From Eledone cirrhosa (taxonomy: Eukaryota): a stretch of 64,000 nt of DNA. A program made the position numbers and the translations under genes. A model generated the notes under the pieces. That model ran no database searches, was not told the DNA's origin, and worked only from the letters and a program-made list of their open reading frames with translations. Within the stretch, counting starts at the first letter, position 1, and the number at the start of each line of letters is the position of its first letter. The stretch spans positions 125,612,001-125,676,000 of the forward strand of contig OZ024742.1 of the NCBI GenBank assembly GCA_964016885.1, read 5' to 3'. This document shows, in pieces, positions 13,920 through 26,199 of the stretch.

Positions 13920-14969
13920 TCTTAGCTTGCCAACATGGCCATATTAAGAGTAGGAAGTTTAAATGTTCGCGGCCTGGGGTCACACTGGAAGCAGGGTCGC
14001 CAGCTCAACGACCTCAGGTCGCTGGAAATGCATGTTATTGCCGTCAGCGAGACCAGAATTTCCGACACGCGCGCACTAGCCCCCATTTTCGACGACTATC
14101 AGATCTTAGCACTCACTGCCCTCTAGCGAGCGGGCAATGCGAACAGTGGAACTTCCACTCTCGAGTTATATAGAGGATTAGTGGTGGGCAAGTGCGATGG
14201 CGCACTCGGAGAAGCTTTGGGCCTCCACGAAGTCGAACTGACCAGTCTGTACCGGAGGACTTTCGAGCCGGAGACGATGGACAATTTCCAGAAATGTCTC
14301 GCTTGGCAGTGCTACCGGGGGGCACTGCCGGTTCGCGATAAACTCTACAGGCACGGAACTGCTGTCAGACTGACCTACCCAAGATGCGCAAAGAACGACG
14401 AAACCGTTCTGCACGCACTTGTCCAATGTCCGAGCATTATTGACTTGTGGAGTTATGTCGAACAGCTACTGTCGCGTATGGAACAAATCCGGCTATCGGC
14501 CGAGTCCATAGTGAAGATCGACCCGCCACCTTCAAATTTTCCAAATTTTCCTCTGCCTGGTGGCCGTTGCGAAAGAGGTTGTATGGTGGACCAGATTAAA
14601 AGGACTGAAGACAGACACTTTTCTCTTCGGCCAATCCCTCATCAACTTCTTCAAGTTTCACCTGGAAGGTGAGGGTGGAGAGAGAAGTGCTGCCCCCCAG
14701 TACATTTGCTAAAAGGTGGATGAATGTGGCGAAAATGGCCCGTGTGAATGGGCCTACTCTGACCATACGCCTATAAACTAGCTAACTTGAGGAGAGGGGT
14801 GCTTTCCCTGGGTGCCCTAGAAGCGCTGGGTGGTTCAGGATTGGTGAGTACCTGAGTCACTCCAGGGTCGTCCATTGTGAACTTTTACTCGACCTTATTG
14901 TAAACCTCCACTGTCCCTGTCTTTGTATTGTCCCCTACATGTCGGCCAATGTGGCTAATAATGAAATCA
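13918..14969 (+). mobile_element. Internally deleted Tx1 relative (ORF2 start fused to ORF2 end + 3'UTR)
   Basis: MAILRVGSLNVRGLG..VSETRI (13935-14126) is joined to MDNFQKCLAWQCYRGALPVRDKL..PRC..DETVLHALVQC (14181-14672). Flanked by (ATT)n on both sides. Confidence 0.85.
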
Positions 14970-14995
14970 TTATTATTATTATTATTATTATTATT

Positions 14996-15182
14996 GGTGG
15001 TGGATTCGCAGTATCGGTAGAGGGTCGGACGCCATGCTTTCCAGCATAGTTACGTCCCTTTACGATCTGAGTTCAAATCCCGCCGAGGTTGACTTTGCCT
15101 TTCATCCTTACGGGGTCGATAAAATAAAGTACCAGTAATACCCTGCGTAATTGCTGGCCTTGTGCCAAAAGTAGAAACAATT
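14996..15182 (+). mobile_element. tRNA-derived SINE, full length
   Basis: A-box-like cgcagtatcggtag, B-box gagttcaaatccc, tail ggccttgtgccaaaagtagaaacaattattatt. Confidence 0.85.
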
Positions 15183-15408
15183 ATTATTATTATTATTGCT
15201 GTTGTTGTTTTTTATCATCATCATCATCTTCATTACTATCTTCATTGGTCTTCGCATTACCGAGCACAGCTTTGTGCACCTTGGGTATATGGTATGTTGT
15301 TTTCTGCAATATTGTTTAATGTATTGAGAGCACTCATTGTAATATATGTTCATTGTCTAGTAGCCTTATTTTCTGTATGTTACATATACATTGTGTAAGT
15401 CCGGGGGT

Positions 15409-15549
<141 letters not shown>

Positions 15550-15576
15550 TTATATAGTAAGGTCCAATAATTTCTT

Positions 15577-15948
15577 TTAGCAATATTAAGTTCTCCACGC
15601 TTTTGTATATCTCCAATTGCATTTATGGGAACAGCTAGATGATGTAAAACGGAGTATTTGTAACAAAATAAAGATCCGAAGGCATGGTATAAATTTCCAA
15701 TCATTTTAATCACGACACATGTTTCAGTAAGAGATAGATCGATCGTTTAGCCATGGTCGATTATCACTGCTCGCATCAGGTGAAAATGAATTGTCTTGAA
15801 ATCCTTGATATGAAGGAGAAAATTAACGATGTTCACTCACCTGACGCGAGCAGTGATAATCGATCATGGCTAAACGATCGATCTATCTCTTATTGAAACA
15901 TGTGTCGTGATTAAAATTTATACCATGCCTTCGGATCTTTATTTTGAT
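15577..15948. mobile_element. Fold-back pLTR-like element with hammerhead-like motif in both arms
   Basis: Arms ~15664-15783 and ~15837-15946 are inverted. Motif TCAC-CTGA(T/C)GC-long helix II-GAAA-C atgt G-TC-GTGA at 15837-15910 (+) and 15710-15783 (-). Same family as 20386-20752. Confidence 0.7.
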
Positions 15949-15989
15949 ATATATGTATGTATGTATATGTGATTTTTTATTTTTCCCAC

Positions 15990-16800
15990 AACATGTTTTA
16001 ACACAAGAATTGTTTCTGTTTTCAGTATCCATATTCGGGTTATTTCTATATCCAAATCTTTAAATATGCATATTTTTTCCATTTCATTCAGAGATATATT
16101 ATCTTCTGTGGGTATTGTTATATCAAAGAGAAGTTATATTTTGTTTCATTTTGGGCCTTTACTGAAATATCTGGCCGGTGACTTTGACTACCCTGTCTGT
16201 ATGTATTGTGTGGTTGATTCGTCGTTTTCTGGTGTGTGGCTGTACCACCTCTTTTGTCTTGATATTTCATAGTGTTGGCATCCATAGGTAAATCCTATGA
16301 TGTATGTGCATATATATACTTGTTTGGTTACGAAATAGCAGCCAGAAACAATATGGTTAATTTTTTTTTGCAGCCACTAAATATTCTACAGTTACTTACT
16401 GTGTTCTGCTCAATTGAGTACTTTTGGTGGCTTCTCGTATAGAAGGTGTGATCTCGTGCTGCAGTTGGGAATCTTTAAGTCTCGGTATTTTGTTCAGTTC
16501 CTCGTAGATATTTGTGTGAAATATGGTGGTCCAATTCTTCCCTATTTAGTCTATTCCGCTATTAGCCATGTAGGAGTTTTTGTTGCCAAGATTCTAGCAT
16601 AGCATTCTGAAGATCTGATTTCAATTTAGATATCATTTCTTTCACTATTTCTTTCGTTTCCTCTTGTTCTATTTCTACATAATTATCTTACAATTCAGCT
16701 TTTGTTTTGAACTTGATGGATTCCTTGAAGAGATAAAGTAATTTTGTTGCTGTAATGATGCTTCAAAATTTTTATTATTTATTCCTAATTTTTATTTCTG
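15990..16800 (-). mobile_element. Degenerate R4/Dong-like LINE 3' fragment (zinc knuckle + restriction-like endonuclease)
   Basis: Minus-strand remnants NCRIF..NHIVSGC (~16390-16340) and TDRVVK..PDI..LFDITIPTEDN (~16200-16100). Many stops. Confidence 0.55.
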
Positions 16801-18076
16801 TTGTTTAACGATTTTTTCCTGCTTAATTTTTACAAAGTACCGTTCTTTGCATTGTGAAACGAGCAGACCTTATTTTGAGCCTTTCAAGGAAGGAATTGTA
16901 AAAAATCGTTTGGAGTTTTGTTTAATGATATCAAACATTACAAATAGTGTCATCTTCTTTACTCCCCTCTCCATTAGATAACGCCCCCACCCCACCTATT
17001 GCCTCCATAACAATTGTGATAGGCAGTAACATCGACAACAACAACAAATGGAACATCAACAACAACAAATCAGAGAAATCATTGATGAATACGACACTTT
17101 TTTCCAAGGTTTGATAACTGCTGATCGGAGCCCCACCACTATATGGAAGCAACAAAAGGACAGTAACAACAACAACAACAACAGAAAAATATAATGTCTC
17201 CATTTCTTTCATCATAAATTATAACAGTTACATCAACACCATATGTCGTATGGCGAAAGCGACCAAAAGAAAAAGGAGAGAATTGTCCCCAAAAGAAGGG
17301 GAAGAAAGTTAAAGAAAGTTAAACCGTCTACACCAAAGGTTCTCAACCCATTTCGGCCAAACGCCCCCTTTTGCCCCTCGAAATCACGAAACGCCCCAAA
17401 CCCTATTTGTCCATTTTTCAATATACTACTGATTTTGATATCAGTAGATTACTGGGCCAAATCAAGTTATGTTAGAATCTTTAAAAAATACTCGTACGAA
17501 TTAAAAGTTAAAAAAGTTTCAGTCCAAAACAAAAGCAAGCTATTTCAAATTATATATTTTTGAAAAATAGATGTGAATGTTCTCAAAGATTTGATCTCAG
17601 ACGAAAAAGCTTCTTTTTTTTAAATACTATATTTCACTGTTAGCTATCGTAATATTTTGAGTGGATAGACAATTCTACAGTTCAAACTGTAAAGTCAAAA
17701 TACAAAAGATGCAAAATATGAAGAATTTCTTACCTCTCTCTCTGAAATCACAAACTCAGGGGGGGAAATAGTACCTTGCAAAATAAAATACCTCGTAACA
17801 AAATAAAATACTTAGTAGCAACGAATGAATTGAGAAGCTTGGTGACAGTGAGAAAGCATTATCTGTATCCCTTATATATATATACATAGATAGATATACA
17901 CACACACATATACACACACACGTAAACGCGCACGCACGCACACACACACACATACATACACACACACAAACTTGTGTGTGTGCGTGTGCCTTGGTTTTGG
18001 TACAGAAAGAATTTTGATCCAGTTTTTATTGCCAGGTCAAATGCCACTGCTCTTTTCAACAACGCCAAATAACAAC

Positions 18077-18107
<31 letters not shown>

Positions 18108-18108
<1 letters not shown>

Positions 18109-18230
18109 GGAACAAGTATGACCCCGACGGCAGAGCTCAAGCCGTTTCGACGGCTATTTCTGGACTACCCTAAGTATTGAGTAGTTTGGTGCGTTATGGT
18201 CCATCTGGTTCCTTACCACAATTCCTTCGT
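18108..18230 (+). mobile_element. Short PLE-pLTR-like element, family copy 2 (inverted head + tail)
   Basis: The head is the reverse complement of the family's upstream part (ggaac..gaccccgacggc..gccgtttcgac). The tail matches 1741-1808. Flanked by (TA)n. Confidence 0.7.
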
Positions 18231-18232
18231 TA

Positions 18233-18302
<70 letters not shown>

Positions 18303-18384
18303 GAGAGAAAGAGGGAGGGACAGAGAGAGTAAGAAATATGCGTGTGTGTGTGTTTGGTACACGTATATCTATCTATCTATCTCC

Positions 18385-18433
18385 AACAGGAGGCTCAAAC
18401 ATGCGGCCCGCGAACTACTTTTCTGTGGCCCGT
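18385..18433 (+). mobile_element. Possible hAT/Charlie-type terminal fragment
   Basis: caggaggctcaaacatgcggcccgcg...tgtggcccg resembles hAT-Charlie left ends. No second terminus found. Confidence 0.35.
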
Positions 18434-18452
18434 GGTAGAACCTATATATAGA

Positions 18453-18556
<104 letters not shown>

Positions 18557-18572
18557 TATTATACACACACAT

Positions 18573-18643
<71 letters not shown>

Positions 18644-18754
18644 CTTACACACTTAAATATAAATGCATGTATATATACAAATGTATAAATGCATAGCTAT
18701 ATACATATGTAAGTGTATGTATGTATATATGTATGTATATATGTATGTATGTAT

Positions 18755-19510
18755 ATCAGCACCATCATCACAGTCACTAATAACATTACAAATGCCACAC
18801 CAAATGAATGCACAACCAAATACACAGACGTCCACCAACAACAACACCTGTAATACGAACAAGGAAATATATCATTAACTTCAAGATCGCAGATTCAAGC
18901 AACAAGGAATTTATGAACTGCACACATAAATACACAAATATAAAATAGATCGACTACATCATCCAAACCATCAACTTACCAACGAACATAGAAATCTTAA
19001 ATACAAATCAAGGCTCATACAACTCCTTAAACAAATACTCGGGTAACGTCGGAAATTTCCGAGGAACTATGAATAAAGCATCTACAAAGGCCTTCTCAGG
19101 AAAACACCCACAACCAGCTGAAGTGCCGTTCTCCCACAAAAAAGTAATGTATGTGGTCCTTTTCACTTTCCCCCTCTTTATCCAACACGATATTATTTGG
19201 AATAGATAGTGTGAATTCACCTGGCCTGTGACCACCTTCAAAGCATGCCATCTGTCCAGCGACTACAAGTCACTAGATATAGATATTGATGTTCAACAGC
19301 AAAACCAATGTTTCCAAGGCCCGAGTCTTCTTTCCCATATTCGGCGGCTAAGCTGTGTATGCATCATCAAATTGCCCGTAAACAGAAATCAGATCTAAGT
19401 GTTCTATCGGAAAGGTATAGTTGTCGAGAGATAGATCATCTTCCAGGACCCAAAAGTATAGCTCTGGGTGTGGACAGCCGTAAAGATAATTCCTTCAGAC
19501 TAGAAGGCGT
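18755..19510 (+). mobile_element. Old degenerate Tx1 fragment (ORF1 end / ORF2 start)
   Basis: aaaagtaatgtatgtggtcc...aagtcactagatatagat...ttcggcggcta..gtgtatgcatc aligns by eye to 10288-10515 of element A. Confidence 0.65.
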
Positions 19511-19867
19511 CGATAACAATGAAATAATGAACACATTCACAGTGTGAAGATCATCTTATATGCAGACGTTCAGAGCATCAATAATTCAAAGTTATAAGAT
19601 AAACACATAATATTCAAAAAAATATACATACTTTAAGGTGGAAAAAGTCAGTTTCTTCCTTACAGCACCGTTTCAAAGCTATCAATCGATCTAAGTAAAT
19701 TTGGTAAAGCAACGGAAGACAAGGAACTAATCATCAGAGGATTTGTATTTTAATATGTCATACACTGTACAAAATATCTTTATATATGTCGGCATCCATG
19801 AGTTTGTTTAAAATCCTATTTCCCTATTTGTATCTCCCATTTTTGTTTGACACCATGTATACATACA

Positions 19868-20380
19868 CAATTAGGCGAAACTTCAGTCAGGGCTTTGAAG
19901 AAAGGGTAGGTATATTTTTGTCTATTATTTCCTCGCATTTATAATTTGATAAATAGCTCTGATTAACTGATTATTTTAACTCTTTCAGTCATTGAGCAAA
20001 TCTGGTTAAGGTGGACACCACACACGCGTATATAGCTATGTATCTGTGTGTGTATATCATTCCTATCTTGTTTCAAACTCCCCTGTGGTTGAGTTAACCA
20101 GGCGGCTGCCAACTGCTTTTTCTAGCAAATATGATACTCGCTAAATACCCTGCCTTCACCTCCCTTCTGTGACCGCTGTATCACGTGATAATTCCTCCTT
20201 CCCGAGAACTAATGACTTGTAACGGTTGGGTCAAGAAACAGTCAACTAAATTGAGGGGTCTCTTGATAAGATGTATAACCTCATAGCGATGAATGCTGCA
20301 AGACAATTAGGCGAAACTGCAGTCGGGACTTTTCTGAGAAAATAGGTATACTTTTGTCTATTATCTCGCATTTATAACTT
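19868..20380 (+). mobile_element. ORF-less ~436-bp monomer + ~75-bp partial repeat carrying a hammerhead-like motif
   Basis: caattaggcgaaact..cagtc...ctcgcatttataa occurs at 19868 and 20304. Confidence 0.6.
20258..20329 (+). ncRNA. Type I hammerhead-like motif with TTGATAA (U3-A8) core
   Basis: GTCTC-TTGATAA-G...C-GAAA-C tgca G-TC-GGGAC. Helix I GTCTC/GGGAC, palindromic helix III ACTGCAGT, GUC triplet. Helix II pairs poorly in this copy. Confidence 0.55.
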
Positions 20381-20385
20381 TATGT

Positions 20386-20749
20386 TAGCGATATTAAGTT
20401 CTCCACGCTTTTGTAAATCTCCAATTCCATTCGAGGGAACAGCTAGATGATGTAAAACGGAGTATAAGTATCAAAATGAAAATCCGAAGGCAAGGTAAAA
20501 TTCCAATCATTTAATCACAACACATGTTTCAATAAGAGATAGATCGATTGTGAAGCCATATGAGGGAATGAATTCTGTAAGAGAACATCGTTATTTTTTC
20601 TCCCTCATATCAAGAATTTGAAGACAATTCATTTTCACCTGATGAGATCAGTGCTAATCGATCATGGCTTCACAATCGATCTATCTCTTATTGAAACATG
20701 TGTCGTTATTAAATGATTGGAATTTTACCTTGCCTTCGGATTTTCATTT

Positions 20750-20752
<3 letters not shown>
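20386..20752. mobile_element. Fold-back pLTR-like element, same family as 15577-15948
   Basis: Starts ttagc.atattaagttctccacgcttttg like 15577. Inverted arms ~20470-20559 and ~20664-20752. Ends at (TA)n. Confidence 0.7.
20635..20708 (+). ncRNA. Type I hammerhead motif with long helix II
   Basis: TCAC-CTGATGA-GAT...atcgat...atcgat...ATT-GAAA-C atgt G-TC-GTTA. Palindromic ACATGT helix III, GUC triplet. Confidence 0.6.
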
Positions 20753-20815
<63 letters not shown>

Positions 20816-21749
20816 CATTATAAGATAGGTTTTTATATTGATTGTTCAGTTTACCTGCGAGGGAGTGAAGTCTTTATGGGAATATATTCTCCTTAATTGA
20901 ATAAAAGATACTATATTTTTTCATAAGATATTTATTTAATATAATTATATTGTTAGTGAAATATTTATTCTCGTATTGTTTGCAGCAAAAGTGTTTAGGC
21001 ACTGTTGTGTCACTTTAGTGCAAACTAATTAGATGTATATTAATTACATTATATCTATTATAAATTGAAAAGGAAAATTGGAAATTGATAGAGATAAGTT
21101 GAAATATTTGCTAACCTTCTTCAACAGACCAATTCCAGAAGTGATAAACTTCATGGATACGATTTTAATTCCGGCCATTCGATGTGTGGTACAAAACGAT
21201 ACCTCTTAACACTACGTTTTCTTCTATGTTCGCTTTTTAAGACTAGTGTCTTAAAATCACTTAATAGTATCTACACACAAACAGCTATTTATTTTAAATT
21301 TTTTCTTGCACTATAAACAATTTTATATAGGTTATTCAGTTTCTTTCTAAGGGAAAACGTCGGACTGGAAATTTAAACATTAACTCAATAAAATACACCA
21401 TATAATTTTCTCTTAATATTCTTGTTATTTAATTATGTTTCAACTAAAATATATTTTTTCTTTGAATTTGTAAACAGCATTGTTTCGACATGTTTATGTC
21501 TCTTCCGTACAAATTAATTAGAGACATATTAATTACATTACATTTGTCAGGAATTGAAAAAAAAAAAAAAAGAGTGAAAACTAATAGAGTTACGTAGACA
21601 TATTTGATATACATGTTTGATAGTACGATTCATAGTTCATTTCAGACAGGTAAGCATATAATGTATTTATGAATGAGAGAGTGTGTGAGCGGGAGAGTGT
21701 ATATGTGAATTTGTCTGTGAGTTTGTATATAATGCAGAAGTAATTATAA

Positions 21750-22325
21750 TAGAGATTTCTGAAAGGCAAAGTTAGCATCGGCGAGATTTAAACTCAGACT
21801 GTAAAGTACCGTAACTCTATGCTGCAAAGCATGGTGTCCGACTCTATACCGATACTGCCAATCCACCGCCCGAGAGATAGTTATCTGATTTAGTTATCTG
21901 ATTTAGTTATCTGGCCAACAATATAGGGGGAGAGGAAGTCGATTAAATCGATCCCAGTGCGTTACTGATACTAACGTATGGTGAATGGCAAATCTAACTT
22001 CGATGGGATTTATACTCAGAAAGTAAATGGACGTAACTATAATCAGCAATGCATCTTGTCTGACTCTCTACGGATACTACCAATCCACTGTCCTTAGAGG
22101 TGTTTATTATAATGATTTCTAATTTACACACAAGATCAGCAATTTGTTAGGTAGGGAAAGTCGATTTTATCTACTCTAGTTATGTACTGATACTTTTTAT
22201 TGACCCCGGAAGGATGAACGGGAAAGATGTCATCAGTGGGATTTAAAATCAGAACGGAAAGAGCAGGATCAAATCCCACTAAACATTTGTAAAACCATCC
22301 TAAGGAAACTTCCAATCCATTGCTC
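21750..22325 (-). mobile_element. Cluster of three tRNA-SINE copies
   Basis: Reverse-complement SINE pieces ending actctataccgatactgccaatccacc (~21870), gatactaccaatccactg (~22090) and ttccaatccattg (~22322). Confidence 0.7.
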
Positions 22326-23236
22326 TAGAGGTAATTATAATAGTAACATTAAGAAAGCAGGTGTTTACAAATTTATTAGTCCGAATTTCGTGTTGCAGTT
22401 TATTATAAACAATATTGCTTCGATATATTTTAAAACTTGCGAGTTGGCAAAGATAAATAATGCATACATAAAATTTACCACTGCGAGACTTATGTTTTTA
22501 ACTGTAGTTACACCTACATTAAAATTATCGGGAATTTCTTGATATACGGTGTGTCATGCATAAATGCATAAATAGTAGTTAATTAATTACGCTACCAAAG
22601 AATATACGTTATACGAATTTGACAGTTCTTGCTTGTTTTTACTGTGAATATGTATTAGATATAAGTTTGCTTCATCATCGAAGGGATAAGATTATTCGTC
22701 TTCTGGTGAATAGCCAATAGATTGAAAAATGTATGTTTATCTGTGTACGAAAGACAATAACAAAACATTGTATTTGCATTCGACAAATCGTGATTGTATA
22801 ACAAATTAAAAAAATGTCCCGAAGGTCAAAGAACCGTTGCGGTGTATTAAGGCAGGGACCCGTTGCAATTGCTTTAATAAGATCCATGCTTCGGAGGTAT
22901 CAATTTTGCAAACGTTTCCAACTTGCGTTTGAAGACAATAGTTTGGCAGTCTAGGTTGAGCGCCAAACAATGCACTGGAATATTTAGTAATGTCTCTCTC
23001 TATGTTCAATTCTTTTCTAAATGAACGTTGTCTTCCTTCTGTCTAATGTAATGAATTCTTATAAATAATTATCAACCATGAAAATACATACAATCCTGGT
23101 ATATATGGGGTATCAATCCTGGATCCCAAATGTTAAATATGGTCAATGCTATAGCCGTCATTATCGTCGGCAGGGATACACTTTTCTGTTATAAAAACAA
23201 ATGAGTCAACACGAAATGCTATTATTATTACCTGAT

Positions 23237-23647
23237 TTGGCAGTATCGGTAGAGGGTCGGACGCCATGCTTTGACGCATAGAGTTACAGCCCTTGCCATT
23301 CTGAGTTCAAATCCCGCCGAGGTTAATTTGCCTTTCAACCTTATGGGGTCGATAAAATAAAGTACCAGTAATACATTGGTAATTGCTGGCCTTGTGCCAA
23401 AAGTAGAAACAATTATTACCTGATACTAGGGAGGTGAATTGGCAGTATCGGTAGAGAGTAGGACACCATGCTTTGCAGCATAGGGTTACGGTCCTTTACG
23501 CTCTGAGTTCAATCCCACCGAGGTTAACTTTGCCTTTATCCTTACGGAGGTCGATAAAATAGAGCACCAGTAACGTACTGGTGTCGATTTAATCGACTTT
23601 TCCCTCCCCACAAAAAAAATACTGGCCTTGTGCCTATACTAGAAATC
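23237..23647 (+). mobile_element. Two tandem tRNA-SINEs inserted at the same target
   Basis: SINEs at 23237-23411 and 23428-23647. Target duplication attattacctgat at 23224, 23412 and 23648. Confidence 0.85.
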
Positions 23648-24569
23648 ATTATTACCTGATACTGCTGTTGATGTGAATCCCTTGTAAACTAGTCTATCTA
23701 CAACAATTATCAGTGGACTGTTTAATAAGTAAAAGCCTGATTTAAATTAACTTTCCTCGTGAGTTATTTACATTTCATTTCATCTGATAATATATTTATA
23801 TCTGACAGCCAAATAATGTTTTGGAGTTTTCCTTTGATAAAATTTGATATTACTTATAAAATAGATAAAAGAACGAAATTTACAGTTCCTCGCCATTTGC
23901 GTCTTAAAAGGAAAACAAAAGTCGAAAGAGAAAAACGAATATTAAATAACGGATGGAAGAGAAAGGGGTAGAGAGCAGAAGAATCTGCACTCCGATATAG
24001 ATATTATGTCTCAGCTGCATCCCATGTATAAAATGGCGAAAACATTGCTACGGAACACAGCCAGAAACACCCGCTGTGTCGGCCACTCTGCCCAAAGAGC
24101 TCCTTCCTCAGGTGGCAGGCATTCCTCCCGATTTGGCGGAGGAAATCGACTGTTCTCATATCAAGGACCCTACAAACCTCGAAAGCCAAGCAGTAGGCCA
24201 TTTAGCAATCGTTCTGACCTCTGATTTACAGGTGACGGTATCCGGGTTTGTGACAGAATGAAATTAAGTATCAATTCATTATGAACACATCATCATTATA
24301 ATATAGATTATGAGACCATAGCCACAATTCTGTCTTTTGTCTACTCGCGCATGGCTCTATAACGAACGTACCATATATCCTGTTAATTATAGGATTTGAG
24401 ATTCTCATTATTTATGTTTTTTAACTGTTGTAAAATCACAGTTTCTCTTATAAATTCTGAACTCGTTGGGGGTTTCGCCCTTATCCACTACTAAGGTACA
24501 AGCAGAGCTATGTAGTTTCGTTTTGGAATATTGGCCATAGTCTTTTTGTCTTAATAAAGCTGAAAGATA

Positions 24570-24722
24570 CCAGCGTCAGTCGATTAAATCAACCAAGTAC
24601 TTCACTGGTATTGTATGTAATCGAAATCCCTAGTTAGGTTTGAACTCAATACGTAAAGAAACGAAGCCAAATACCACAAGACATTTTGTCTGACATTCTA
24701 CCGACTCTGTTCATCAGCACCC
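24570..24722 (-). mobile_element. Degenerate tRNA-SINE
   Basis: tttgaactcaatacgtaaag...cattttgtctgacattctaccgactctg is the reverse complement of the SINE head. Confidence 0.6.
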
Positions 24723-26199
24723 TTCATTTAGTAAGCTATATTTACCTCCATGCTACATATCTCTGTTATCAGAATCTGAGCAATTTCAAGCTCGTAGTGC
24801 AAACTCATCCAACCAATTTAGATTGAATTCACTTCTCATAAAATCTTTCTGTGAGAATTTATGTCTTTACTATTCTCAGTACTGGAAGTAAACATGACAT
24901 TATAACTTTCTAGCACATAATTTAAATTATCATCGTCAAATTATCACTGTAGACATTTAAATTTCTCGAATCAACATTTCTTATATTCAATCTTTATTTT
25001 GACACTCATAATATTTACTGCTTTTAGGAAAGCGGAATCTCGTGGGAAAATTAATTATTACGCAATTCGTATAAAATTTAATACCGCTTACATTTCAGAC
25101 TTCTTTTCAGTCGTTCAGATTGAAACTTCTGACACTTCCGATCAAGTTGAATAAAAGTCTCAATGGAATTTCATTAATTCCTATTTAGCTGTCATTGTGA
25201 AAGTATTCGACACTAACGGCTAATGCTTAACTCTCTTTCGAGGTTAACCTCCTGTTAAAAACTGGTTGTTGATTAACAGTGCTAATGTTCTGCAGTCATT
25301 AAAGCAATCGCCTACTTCTAAAGTCATAATTCTGCTGCTTCTTATTCAAGATTTGAGTGAATAGCAACGACGAGAAACAAATGATTATTAGAAACTATAT
25401 GGATATAGTTGTCGGCTGTAACCGATTCCTAAGTTATCCAGTAAAAGGCTAAGATAATATGAGATAATGGATCATTTAAAAGGTTAACCGAAAGGACGCA
25501 TATACAATATTCTACATTAAATAATCATTTGTTGACCGAAGTTATTACATGCTGTAAAAAATATCTCCCATCGTATTCTCGCAGCGCAAACAATCCTTTT
25601 GGAAGATTTTTTTTATTTACGGAAGAATTAACGGAAAACTTGGGAGGAATTGCCCGATACATTTAGCAAGAAAATATTAGAGATGAATTACGTTCCCAAC
25701 ACAAGATTCCCTTGCTAACGCCAACATTACAGCAAGTAATTGGAGAATGTTTCATGGCACCAGCAATGGCGTTGAATGTCGTTTGTTTTGTCATGGCTCC
25801 AGTGGGACAACCTTACAGATTGAACTGGCTGCCTTTTAGTCATGACCGTAGCGTGAAGGATAATTTTACAGGCTAGACTGGAGGCTTTATATCGTGCCAG
25901 CGGCACTGTCGAAGAGCACGAGATATGTATACTATATTTGAAACCAAAAACGAAATGTTTTTGTTGTTTTTTGTTTGTTTATTTGTTTTTGAATAGCTTC
26001 GATTGTACGTCTGTTCCATCAGTGCTGACCTGAGAGGAATAGACAACAAAAACAACAGCACCATTAACAGCAAAACAACAAGAGAAGTAGCATATGCCGC
26101 CTAATCACCTTTACCCAACAAGAGAATGTTAACATCATTACTTTTCTTGCTAGAATTATCTGCTTCACAGTCTTAATTAATTTAGCATAAGTTGAACAA

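Noticed and set aside
14996-15090. tRNA genes at SINE heads (also gccgggttcgattcc at ~2846)
   Set aside because: A and B boxes are present but there is no complete cloverleaf, and the heads are continuous with SINE bodies.
21878-21913. Short tandem (agttatctgattt) x~3, and SINE arrays with repeated TSDs, as CRISPR-like
   Set aside because: There is no repeat-spacer regularity and no cas genes. The context is eukaryotic and the repeats are explained by slippage and TSDs.
23960-24270. GC-richer patch with short ORFs, possibly an old Tx1 ORF1 piece or an exon
   Set aside because: No recognisable motif and no clear splice pair.
25980-26060. Minus-strand acceptor-like site (ttgtctattcctctcag) followed by VSTDGTDVQSKLFKNK*
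   Set aside because: It is a single signal with no linked exons or homology. Similar weak candidates at 5895-5909 (+) and ~40612-40730 (-) were also left uncalled.
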